Positions 27,106 through 38,394 of a stretch of 64,000 nt of DNA are shown here, one piece after another. The stretch covers positions 2,170,001 through 2,234,000 of the forward strand of contig JAMWBK010000006.1 in the NCBI GenBank assembly GCA_029953675.1. Reading direction: 5' to 3'. The translations under genes were made by a program, and so were the position numbers. Origin of the DNA: Rhodosorus marinus CCMP1338. Taxonomy: Eukaryota > Plantae > Rhodophyta. Below the pieces are notes generated by a model. The model saw only the letters and a list, made by a program, of their open reading frames with translations, was not told where the DNA came from and ran no database searches. The number at the start of each line of letters is the position of its first letter. Positions within the stretch are counted from its first letter, which is position 1.

Positions 27106-27138
27106 TAGTACCCAGTACTAGATTTTACAATTGTACTA
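27106..27138. promoter_or_regulatory. Cluster of three GTACTA/TAGTAC motifs in the divergent PRT6/ZMAT2 spacer
   Basis: tagtac at 27106, gtacta at 27115, tgtacta at 27132. A regulatory role is inferred. Confidence 0.35.
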
Positions 27139-27445
27139 ATTTTCACGTATTGGTTGATAAAGATGGCGCTACATTGTTTGGGATGAGGGGGGACGTCGAG
27201 GTCAGGCTGGGGTGAAACCGAGTACCCCGCTGAACTAGGATAAGAATTATTTTAGTATTCTCATAATCCCTATCTGTTGATGGAGTTAATTTGATGTGAA
27301 GGGTGAGTTTACATAGATTGATTTGCGTTTCCGAGGGAGGAGGTTTGAAAGGGTATTGGTGCCTTTTTTTTTGCGTTGGATAAAGTTTCTGGACGTGCCT
27401 TTGAGGGATCTAGGTTCAAGATAAGGCCCTAAGAAGCGGTAAGTC

Positions 27446-28163
27446 ATGCCGAAAGGAAGCGATGTGAACGACGTTGTTCGGAATCGCTTCGATAAGGCGA
27501 CGTTCCAGAGGCGCGCGGAAGAAAGGAAACGAGCTGATGAGGAAGCGGAGAGGGAAAGGGATAGGGCGAGGGAAGCTAGTAGGCCTAATACGGAGGACCC
27601 GTTTGCGCCAACTAGACCTTGGCTAGAGGCCAGGAAGGATGCAGTTGATTTGGAGTCCAAGGTCGGGAAGACCGAAATCGTGCCTGGAGCGAGGGACAAG
27701 CGTGCAGGGTTCTACTGCAGTATTTGCGAGTCATTACACAAGGATTCTCAGGCGTACTTGAATCATATGAACAGCAGATTTCACCAGAAGAATCTTGGCC
27801 TTTCAATGAGGGTGAAGCGCGCTACGGGTAAGTTTTTCGGGTCACCCGTCCGGAGGATATTCTATGGAAACTGAATGGAATCCTTGAAAATTGTTCACGA
27901 CAGTTGATGAGGTAAAGGATAGGTTCAAGGTGATGAAAGAAGAAACGAAGGACGAGAGAAAAGACTTCAACTTCATGGAGCGAGTGAAGAGGAGGGCTGA
28001 AGAGAATGAGAAAGATAAGAAGCAAAATCGAGGCAAAGGGAAAAGCAAAGGCAAACCCGCCAAAGAAGACGACGAAGAAGGGGGGCAAATCCGGAACGAA
28101 GACGAAGATGTGATGGCACTAATGGGGCTGCCAAGCGGTTTCGGGTCATCTAAGAAGAAGTAG
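27446..28163 (+). CDS. ZMAT2: Zinc finger matrin-type protein 2 (Snu23, spliceosomal B-complex), 2 exons
   Basis: VDLESKVGKT...AGFYCSICESLHKDSQAYLNHMNSRFHQKNLGLSMRVKRAT/VDEVKDRF and C-terminal MALMGLPSGFGSSKKK. Intron at about 27827-27903. Confidence 0.93.
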
Positions 28164-28220
28164 CCTACCTGTATAGATCAACGACTACTACCTGAAACTG
28201 TCCGAGAGGATTCTAATTTA

Positions 28221-29343
28221 TTATATATGTACTTTGGTGTCTGATGACCTTGATTTGGTCTGGATTGGAGGTCGTGTCCCCCCCTCAGCGTTTCGATGCC
28301 AAAAAAAATGCTCTTGCGCCAAGGATTGGACCAAGGCCAATACATTCTTCACAGACTGTTGTGTACGCAAGCCCGTAGGAGAAACTATTGACAAAGCTAG
28401 CTTACATCTTAATGAACTCTGAGATGTAGGATGCACAGGAGCTGACTTTAACACTAAACGATACCTCAACGTTCGGTTCTCAAGACATAACCATTGGTCT
28501 GGAGTCGTCACCAGAGTATCTGGACATTAAGGAACACGAGCGTGAACGACATCGTCTAGAAACGACTATTTTTCTTCCGCCAGACTATGAAGAGTTCTCA
28601 GGGAACCAGCAAGTAGGGGTACCCAGTCACCGACTGAGCATTTCGTAATAGACAAACCGGTCTAGGTTGCTAGTACATGCCCACGCCGCTCGAGCTGACC
28701 TAACAGTAATCCCCGACGCTGTAACACGACTCCTGACATGACCCACAACACCATGGATGGACTTCTTGAACATTATCTCTACCAAGAGTCACACGACCAA
28801 ACAAAAAGCTTGAGGATCGAGGCCTTCGTCCGTCCCCGTTCCCTGCCTTCAACTCTTGATCCAGCCCATCCAGTACCGATTCCCACTTCCACCACTATAG
28901 ACGGACTGGACAGGAATTCCAACACAGAAAAAGAAAACAAGTTCCAATACGACAGAAGCAACTATACCTACCGGGAGTGCCCAGCTCCACCTATCCGCCA
29001 ACCGCGAATGTACTAAGCAGCGTGTGGAATCTTCTAGTGAATCCAGACAAGGCCAGGAAAGGCCGCAGTGGAACTGGCGGGGGGAACGTTTTCTCATCAA
29101 GGGGCGTTCAATCCATTTGAATGATCTAAGTAAAAACGTCAATGAGACATTCAATCCCTACTGCCATCCCACTATGTCGGCGAATACAGAAGTCACCTCC
29201 TTGAACCAAAGCACCGTCCATTCCTTCGATAGACAGTCTGTCATATCCAATAGTTTCCAAAACTCAATACTCAAGGACATCCTGTCCCTTCCATTTTTAC
29301 GACAGTCTGTCCGTTGCGGGACAGTAATTTGCGCTGAATACAT
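28221..29343 (-). CDS. Probable hypothetical multi-exon gene divergent from the PspA-family gene
   Basis: Series of minus-strand ORFs (29158-29343, 28849-29154, 28779-28961, 28221-28511) between two plus-strand genes. No confident family. Confidence 0.25.
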
Positions 29344-29774
29344 AAGGACAGCATGTCCTTAATAATGTTGAAAATTATCCTCTGATGGAGGGGTGAGAGG
29401 AATTCTTGTTTTGGAGAGTTTTTAAATATATTCTATTGATTGAGGAATTGGTGGTATGCAATGGATGTATTGGATTTTGATGTGAAATTTGAGGATTGGG
29501 GAGGGTGTTTTGGGGGGTGTTGGGGGAATGGGTGGGATTTCGAGTTGGTTTTTCGATGCAATGTTTTTAGGGAGTTAGAAGAAGAGATATATATATAGAC
29601 GGAGTAGTGAGGAAGGTATATTAACGATTGGAGCAGAGAGGAAGGAAAAGTTTGGAGGGGTTTAGTGGGTTTAGGTAAGCGCAGTGATTTTGTGTATGTT
29701 TATGGTTGGAGGTGTTTCTGTTTTCTTTGTTGGTGAAAGAGCGCTGAGTTTTTGCTGTTGTTGAAGAGGGAGAG

Positions 29775-30840
29775 ATGGAGGTTTCTACGGGATTTGTTGG
29801 GTCGTTTTCGGTTCGTTCGGTCGCGCCGAAGACGAGTGCGTGTTCTAGCTTTATGGGGCGGCCTGTTGCGGTGAGGTCAGATGTGGGTGTGGGAGAAGGC
29901 GGGGTTGTTCGTAGGAGGGCATCCGTTCAGATGAACCTGTTCGAGCGTTTTTTCAGGGTAGTCAGAGCGAATACGAACAAGGCTGTTTCGGACATGGAGG
30001 ACCCTGAAAAGATCTTGAAGCAGGTGGTTGAGGAAATGGAGAGAGATCTTGGCAAGGTGAGGAATGCTCGTCCGCATTCGTCTCTAACAATCACAGAACG
30101 GCGAACAGGCACCAGCATTGTTTGGTTTGGGGCCCCAAGGAACGGCTTCTGATAGAAACGTGCGCTTGGTTTCTGTGTCTAATGAATATTTAGGTTAGGG
30201 CTGGATATTCTGAAACGAAAGCAAGCCTGAAAAGAGCTGAGGCCGATAAAGCGAAGGCTGCGGAGGCGGTACAATCGTGGCTGAAGAGAGCTGAGCTTGC
30301 TCTGCAGGACGAAAATGATGACCTTGCAAGAGAGGCTCTTACGATGAAATCACAGCAAGAGAGCAAACTGGAGAAGCTGACTCGCGATGTAGCGGAGTTT
30401 GAGAAAGTTACTGACAACCTTTATAACTCAATGATCACGTACCAGAAAAAGGTGGGCTAACGTGTGGCTGGTTATCGAAGTCTAGTCCTCTGTGTACGTC
30501 GGGACTGATTTAATCCTGATCCAATCTTATTAATATCACATGTTCACAGATCGAAGAAGCGAAGAATGAGGCGCAGCAATTCACCTCGCGTGCAGCAGCA
30601 GCAAAAGCTCTCAAGACCGTCAACGAAATGTCGTCGGGCGTAGGTGACAGCTCAGCAGCCATGTTTGGAAAAATGAAGGACAAGATTGAGGCAATGGAGA
30701 TTAATGCGGAGGTGCAAGCAGAGTCCCTACCAGCTGCTGAAAATCCGGAGCTTGAATCGAAGTTCAGGGCCTTGGAAAGTGACAATGTAGACGACGAATT
30801 GGATAAGATGAAGAGACGGTTAGTCAAGGGTAAAGACTGA
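29775..30840 (+). CDS. pspA: Plastid-targeted PspA/IM30 (VIPP1-family) membrane-remodelling protein, 3 exons
   Basis: Transit peptide [11 protein letters not shown]..., then [14 protein letters not shown]...[16 protein letters not shown]...DDLAREAL and [17 protein letters not shown]. Exons about 29775-30056, 30197-30451 and 30551-30840. Confidence 0.9.
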
Positions 30841-31854
30841 ATTGGAACGAGAGGGTTGTGAGTGAATAAACGTTTTGGAAAGGCACGAAAAGTAGCTAAA
30901 ATCGCGTGAAATGGAAAGCACCTAGATCAGCGCATGAGTTCACATTTCTTAGACGTCGGATTCGATACTATCTTGAGTCTGTTAGAACATGCTGTTTACA
31001 GGTTTTGTGTGCACTACGTCCCAAGCCAGTTCGCTCAATCGCATTGAGTCAACAGCGACAATATCCATCCCGCTTGTGCTTGTGGTTCTCTGCGATGATG
31101 GTCGTACGCCCAAGCGCAAATTGGACGCACGATCCTACCTGAATCATGTTTGTGTTCGTTCTCCGGTAGCGGTCTGTTTTGGAGCTCAGCAAGACGAGCC
31201 ATGGCCAGTCTTCTAGTCGCTGAAATACGTCACTTCTCAGAAGGCGTTTTCGTGCCGGTGCTGGCCTTAAAACGTTGGGAAGGACCTGTTGCTGATTGAG
31301 ATCATCTTCTTCCCCACATCCAAAACCCAGGTTATCATGAGCGTATGATTTTAGTGACAGCCAAAACCAATACCTGCATGTACAGATGGCCCACTGCTAC
31401 CCATGATTTGTTGTGGAAGCCAGATGAGCGTCCCAACCTTCGGCTACGCAAGCACTTTTGGGATCCATTTTTTGTTCATCGACATTTTGTTGACTGATAT
31501 TGACTGCATCAATCTCTTTGAATACCGGTCCGGAAATTGATTGTTTTAGAAATCGATTGACCACCGTAAGAAAAAAGAAGAATCCAATATTCGATTTATT
31601 TGAATTGGTTTGATAAGCAGAGACAACAGGTTCGCCGTTAAAATATTTGAATTGTACTAGGCCGTTGAGACCTTCGGGAGAATGTTGGTCGCTGGATTTT
31701 CAGACTTTGTGGAGGGAGCTGAGCAAATTCTTGTAGATTCGTGAGATTCATAGAGTTTTAGTTGTGTTGTGCTTGGGCCAACTTTCTACACCAGGTGTTG
31801 CTCGGCTCTGTGGTTGGCTTTGGTCTGTTTGGGAGTGCTGGAGTGGGCCCCTCG

Positions 31855-32893
31855 ATGGCGAAAGGAGAAGCTGGGCACTTGAATCCCTCCCCTAGGGATG
31901 GCGGGAAGGAAAATATCGCAAGAGAAAACATGCATCTGAAGAAGAAACTTGAGGCACAGCAGCGACTTGTCCAAATATTGAAAGAACGAGTGGAGTCAAT
32001 GCAGATCCTGATCGACTCTGGAAAGAATGCAGCTGATGACTATAGCCGGAGTGCTCTATTGTCAAGGTGGGTCAGATCGTTGCTTCCTCTCCATAAAAGA
32101 TGTTGTAGAACCAGAACGGTTTCTTACGCCAGCACATCGACTGTCCATCTCCAGGGAGTCGGAAATATCGACGCTGCGTTTCGAGGCTGCGCAGGAGAAA
32201 ATCCAAAAGTCTGAGCTGGAGTTCATCATCAAGTCTCTCAAAGTGGATATCGAGGAAGACAGGTCGAGGGCTGAGAAAAGTCAAGCATATTCCGAGGAAC
32301 TTGAGGAGCAAGTTGAATCTTACAAGACTGAGTTGGAGGAAGTAAACGGGTAACGTGAGCAACAAGCTCAATACTGGGGAAACGGAAACTGAGGGAAAGT
32401 CCTGCTCATGTTGCACTTGTCTAGAAAGCTAGCTCGTCTTGATACTGAAAACCGGGATGATGTTGACATGCTTCGGAGAGAGTTGAAGGAGGAGAAAGCG
32501 CGCTCAGATAGGACTATCAAGAAATTGAAAATCCTTCAAAAGGAGCGGGATGACATGGCTGTGAAAGTCAAGAAGTATCAGGGCCAATCGACTAGAACAA
32601 AGGATCTACAGGACATGGACAGGAGACTGCGCCGAATGGTGAGAATTTGCCCCTAAAAAACTGTGCTTGTTAAACTTTGACCAAATTTAAATGACCTGAA
32701 CGCGTACGCTAAGATTCGGGAGCGAGACCAAGCCAAGAGACAGCTACTAGAGTCTGTAGCAATCATGGAAGGACGAAGAGGTTCCGTGGACAGCGGATCA
32801 AACGACAGCAAGCACTATCAGCAATCCAATATGCCGCTATTAAGAGTAGGAATAGAACTATCGAGCCCAGAGGTAGAAGTGGATATCTCCTAG
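31855..32893 (+). CDS. Uncharacterised coiled-coil protein, multi-exon
   Basis: E/K/R/L-rich heptad frames (31762-32214, 32027-32353, 32408-32656) linked by GT-AG introns. Stop TAG at 32891. Confidence 0.6.
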
Positions 32894-33173
32894 CCGCATA
32901 ACTGATCGTCTCGCGTTCTTTTCACCAGCGAGTAAGCCTCTCTGAGCATCAAGACCTGGCTACATTCCGCGATGACGACAAGATGAAGTCAAACTATGCT
33001 ATGGACGTTTCCATTGGGAAGGAAAATGCTCGAGCGTAGACATCAGCCGGCTGCTAAACCAGCTTATGCCGTTTGCTTAACGATCGTATGGACTAAGCAA
33101 GGTTCCGGTTGTGGTTGAAATTTGAGTAACTGTGGAAAAAGCTTGCTCGCAAGCGGGTTTAGTCCAAAAACGG

Positions 33174-33555
33174 CCAATAATTTGAAAAATCAAGGCACAT
33201 GGACGGGCTTGGGAATATGAGCACCTTTTGATATATGAACTTTTCTTCCCCACGATTGTTGTCGACGGATTGTATTAAAACCAACTGTCCTCATCCTCTT
33301 GGGTTGGCCTCTGCGAATTAATCTGTTGTTGCTCTTCGAGAATCCGCTTTACGCTTTTCTTGAGCCAATAATTTGAAAAATCAAGGCACATGGACGGGCT
33401 TGGGAATATGAGCACCTTTTGATATATGAACTTTTCTTCCCCACGATTGTTGTCGACGGATTGTATTAAAACCAACTGTCCTCATCCTCTTGGGTTGGCC
33501 TCTGCGAATTAATCTGTTGTTGCTCTTCGAGAATCCGCTTTACGCTTTTCTTGAG
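33174..33555 (+). repeat. 191-bp perfect tandem duplication (2 copies)
   Basis: ccaataatttgaaaaatc...cgcttttcttgag at 33174-33364 and 33365-33555. I saw no mismatches. Confidence 0.95.
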
Positions 33556-33570
33556 GGCCAACACAGTCAA

Positions 33571-33953
33571 ATGGATGATTTGTATCCTGGAACCCGGCAT
33601 GAAGCTTACAGAGTCACCAAAGTGAGGCTTGCTCGTAGACAGGTCGAAGTACTTTTAGACTTAACTACTAAGAACTGGATTGAAAAGCTTGCAGAAGCGT
33701 AAGTGGAATCCTACTAGTTCGCCTTCATTTCCGGGGATCAAATATTGCTGTGGTTGTGGACAGTCCCTAGCTTTTTCGTACCTACCTATTAGTGCTTTAT
33801 GTCACTTTTGGGAAGGCGTCTATCGGCTACGTCAGGGTTGCAACTAGAGCTACCGGGGAGGCATTCTTAGAATTAGAGCAACCTACTGACGAAGAAGACA
33901 GACTAGGATTGCTTTCACCACGTCCATTCCAATTCGACTGGGGCAACCATTAG
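33571..33953 (+). CDS. Short hypothetical spliced gene
   Basis: MDDLYPGTRHEAYRVTK...LTTKNWIEKLAEA ends at a GTAAGT donor, with a coding-like downstream frame. Splicing is not resolved. Confidence 0.3.
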
Positions 33954-34145
33954 GCAAAGTTCGAGGTAAGTAATGGTTTCTGCTTTTTTTTTTCCTCTAC
34001 AAAAATTATTCACACTAAAGCTGGATGCCGTATAGAAACACGGTCTTCTCTGGAAAAACTTGAATAAGTAAGCTAAGTAATTGCATGTTCACTAAAAAAA
34101 AAGAAAAACTACGAACGAAGTCGTCTGCTAGGATACAACATTCAG

Positions 34146-34598
34146 CTATGTTCTGAAGCTCGGGACTCGCGCGTCACCTATGTGACTATCTTCGCTCTTC
34201 GTTTGGCTCATTTCATACGCGAATCCTTTCTCTACCAGCTTAGCCTTCATTAGGTGCTCCCACTCTTCAACCGAACCATTTGCCCGATCCAATTCTTCCG
34301 GCCCGAGTAACAACTCATACTTGCCGTCACTCTGCTCTACTGCAACGCAAGGAAGTCTCGTCGCAACTTGTCTCAGCTCCACATGCATTTCATCTCGGTG
34401 AATGTTATATACAGGAATCGAAAACTCTCCCTTCAACTGCGTAAACTCTGGCTTCTCCTTCTTTGGACCATGGGTGATACTACACGCGCTGCAGGTTCCA
34501 TTAAAAAGCATCTTTCGAACATGATAAATTATTTCCCCACACACAGTCCCATCCGCGTCATACACGATGAACATAGATCTCAACCCTGACAGCATCAT
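34146..34598 (-). CDS. Intronless protein resembling a bacterial uncharacterised family (VYDADG...CxxC.ITHG...HRDE)
   Basis: Single 150-codon ORF with IVYDADGTVCGEIIY...CSACSITHG...HRDEM...LPCV...LLLGPEELDRANGS. The family resemblance is from memory of actinobacterial/Bacteroidota hypothetical proteins and was not searched. Confidence 0.7.
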   Translation of the reverse strand: MMLSGLRSMFIVYDADGTVCGEIIYHVRKMLFNGTCSACSITHGPKKEKPEFTQLKGEFSIPVYNIHRDEMHVELRQVATRLPCVAVEQSDGKYELLLGPEELDRANGSVEEWEHLMKAKLVEKGFAYEMSQTKSEDSHIGDARVPSFRT

Positions 34599-37515
34599 CC
34601 TTTCAATACCTTCCGCCTCCCAAAAACACAGAAGCTCACCAACCCCAAACAATGGGTGCTACTTACAATCCCGAACCCATCAACAAAGTAGAACCTATCA
34701 TCCCTCCTTCTCCACTCCTCTGAAACCCTTAAGCTAGCACAAAGCGACACCAATACCCTCCTACTATTCTCCTACCTCTTCCTTCCCCCCCACCCCACTC
34801 TGCCCACTCTACCATCCCAAAGCGGTGTCTATTAGGGCTATTCCCAAAAAGTTGAATGCAGCCACTCCTCCCAGCCACTCCTCCCAGCCCCTCCCAATTG
34901 TTTAACAAAAGAAAATACGCTCTTTCTAGTGTTGTCAATTGCAAAACCAGCGGCTGTTTTTCGATTCCAACGCCCCCACCAAAAATATCAAATGAAATAA
35001 TTAATTATTGGAAATCTCACGAAATAACGAGTTAACCAATGATATCGCTCCACACAGGTACTACCATATCGTGGGCACAAGAACAGGCTGAAATTTATTA
35101 TATTTTCTAGAGCTTCTAGGGTTCAGGAAATATCAACGTAGAAGACGCTATTTATTTCAAAATCTCACCCCTTTGTTTTCAATTGACCATTCCCAACATC
35201 TTATGTTGAAAAGGGGTAGTATAGATATTAGTACGTGGAAAAAGATGGTAATATTTTTTGTTTATATGTTTTTTGGTATTTCTGCGGTTGGGTTCTAGGT
35301 GGTATATTGAATGAGTTTTTCTCGAACGGATAGATTTAAGGGGTAGAGATTTTAGTGGGGTTCCTTGGTCGGATTTTCTCTCTTGATCATAATTTTTTCT
35401 GTGCAACAAAAGAATACGAATAGTTTATTTTCTCCTTGGGTTTTGTGCGGAGAGAAAATCTATTGGTGACAGTGCTTGGGATGTTTTTTCGTATGTTTAA
35501 TGCGCACCACTACTTTTTTTTCATAATATTCTAAGAGTTGAGAAACTGCAAACCAGTAAACGAGTTTTTACAGCCAAGCCCAAAGAGCCCAAAGACCTGA
35601 GGTATGTTTTTGGGAAATCATTGACAAGGGCAAGATCGCGCTGTCTTCTTAAGGGGGAATAGTGTTCTGCCCTATTTTAACAAAAGAGGTTATTTTAAAG
35701 CTCAATCCCTTCTTTAGCGAAGCACGAACGACTTCCCTCCCCTCCCCCTCTGCGCTCCCAAAGCAAAAAGAAAAATTCCCGCGAGCTCTCGTCAATTCGT
35801 CTTTCCAGCCACAAAAATGTTGAATTTGTTTGATATTTACGCCAAAAAAGGATGAGCTAGTCTCTACCATAAATATCATCGCCTAGCCAATGAAGAGGTG
35901 GTAAGGTAAAAGTACTTCATGGCTCAGGGCCGGCCGGCCATCCAGAAATGAACCGAAAAAGGGTGTTTTTTTGTGGCGATGACGTGAAAATTTCCACTAT
36001 CGACACCTTGCTGAGTCCGTGGTCAATATTTTTTAAAAAATATTAGAGGAGCAAATTGTTGGTTACAGAAAATCCACAAAAGAAAAAGAAAATTGGAGAT
36101 CTCCACCAATCTGGTTCAATAAGATTGAAGAAAGTTCGAGCTTTGAGTCGGTTGGTCCGTTTCTTTCACTGGGGATCTTATCAATATGAAATTTATCTCT
36201 TTCTTTCAATACGATTGGATTAAGATAGGATAGTATCTAATACTTGTAGAAGAGGATTGGATATGTCGTGATATTTCGAGGATATTTTCCTCAAGAGACT
36301 TTTCGGGTGGCGGGAATCTTGATTGAAGGGCGCGGTCTCATTGCTGCGCTCGGCAATGCTCGCGAGCCGTTTGGGGTGTCCTCATCGATTCATTGGAGGA
36401 TGGCTAGGGACACAGATGGAAGGCTCTTTACGTTCCTGAACAATAAATAGACTGTTGGAAGATATTCTTCGGCAATTGACTGAGACTCAATGCCTCTGTG
36501 GATCGACAAAGTAAATCTTGCTAGCCTTACCCCCTCCCCCGCAGATTCCTTAGCTCCATTCAATGGATGAGCTTCCTAGATTTACCGGGAACCAGCAATC
36601 CCGATCAACGATTGGAGGCTTCCTGGATTGGCGCTCAGAGAGTCAAGACAGTATTCTGATCGCCCACGGAAAGAGTGCCACACATTCCCGGTCGTCTTTT
36701 CGCTCACGCAGCTTGGGAGAAGGGACGAGCCGTTGGATCGTACACAGGGCGTCTCCTCGACCTTCTCTGAGCAGGAGATTATGGTTACCTTAGGAGTTCG
36801 TACAGCGAAAAACGGGCAAATCTAATTTTCTTCCTTGTGGTGTTCCATCAATGTCTGGTGCGCCGACAACCTGAACGCTGATTCAAACTTTCAAATGACA
36901 TGCAGCTTCTCCGTCATCCCAGAGGAATGCGGTCGAGTCTGTTCTCGCTTCACGCTGCCGAAAACTATGCATTCCTTCAGGTGCTGAAGCCGGGCTTTGG
37001 ATACCAGCGGCGAGGATCAAGTATCTATCTGCTCTGAACAGGAGGGGGTGGTACCGCACAGATCTTCGGCGTGGTCCTGAATCTATTTGTGCTTGCCCTG
37101 TCCACTGGTCCACAGACTGCAGTCAACCTTGTCCTCGCTGTAGATGATAGATGAAGAAGGGTCCGGCTAGATTAATTTGCTCTGGGAACTCAGATATCCT
37201 CACTGCGGAGAAATATAAGCCTCCCTCCGGAAACTTTCAGCCTTGCGATTCAGAGCCCTGCATGTTTGTATCACGAGTGGTTCACTCGAGGCTCGTCTGC
37301 ATTCTTACCGCCCCCGTTTTCTTCTCCGAACCTCTTTGGTTACTTCATGGCCCTCTGCTGAAAACCTGTGCTTGATCAAAATAGGAAGCAGTAGTAAAGC
37401 TCGGGTTCACCAAGCGGCCTCGAGGAAGCGTGTTGCGGGACTTAATGAAAGGCAACCTATAATCTGATCTCAAGACAAGTGCATTCCGCGCTTTCACGAA
37501 AACCAAAAAAAACCT

Positions 37516-37661
37516 AGTATCTCCTTCAGCATTTCTGACACCTCTCGATTCCCTATTGGCTCGACCATGTAGAACAAAGTTGTTATCGCCCTTCCTGAAA
37601 GGGTCCTTATCGATGACAACCGACCTCAGCAAAGATTTCGCAGTTGTTTTGCTTGGTCCGT
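37516..37661 (-). pseudogene. Decayed fragment of glutamine synthetase II
   Basis: [21 protein letters not shown] versus [21 protein letters not shown] in the intact GS. It shares an exact 20-mer ttatcgcccttcctgaaagg, with gapped similarity on both flanks. Confidence 0.75.
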
Positions 37662-38394
37662 CGCTACAAGCTTCATGTGATGCGGTGGCCACTTCTCAAA
37701 AATGACGAAAGCCTTTTTGATGTTCACTTGGCAGCCGGAGCTATTGGCATGGGCAATACGGATTGGCGGAATTGGTTGTTCACAAAAAAATCAGAACAAG
37801 CTGTTACGGTCTCGAAATGGAGAAAATATCTGCTGATTTTGTGCATTTCGAGACTGCCAAACTGTTGAGTTTTAGGACGCTGTACTCCACAGTGATCAAA
37901 ACGGTCTTGAGGACAGGTGAAGTTGAGCATGTGCTATTATGCTCTAGTGTGCATCGGGGTCTGAGGCTGTCCAAGGCTGGTAAGCGGAGTTTTGCAAAAC
38001 AAATCCACTGATGTTTCTGATCCTCGTAATTGTCTTGTCAACCAACGCGCCTGGCGAGAAGCCTTCTCCGATTCGGGAAAGGTTCTTCGCTTTCCATGGA
38101 CAAGTAATGATGAACTTCAGAAGCTGTAGAAGGATTCGCAGGATTAGATCTATGTCCTGAAGAACGCGCCCGAGACTTAGCTGAGACCATAGAAGTACAT
38201 TACTTTGTGCTTTTTTCCGCTATCAACACGTGCTTAATCGTATCAACATACAACTTGACCTTCCTTCAAAACTGTGCTTGCAATCCTCTTGTCAACAGGT
38301 ATACAGTTTGCAGTGAGGCATGTGCCGAACATGAGGTTGGCCGAGGCATGAAACCCAGACCGAAGAAAACAATATCATCTACAAAACTTCCCCG

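Noticed and set aside
28779-28961. IVVEVGIGTGW as a SAM-binding motif I of a methyltransferase
   Set aside because: I could not link it in frame to the other methyltransferase motifs; it may be chance.
33275-33475. 66-aa minus-strand ORF
   Set aside because: It is created by the junction of the 191-bp duplication and has no sign of being a gene.
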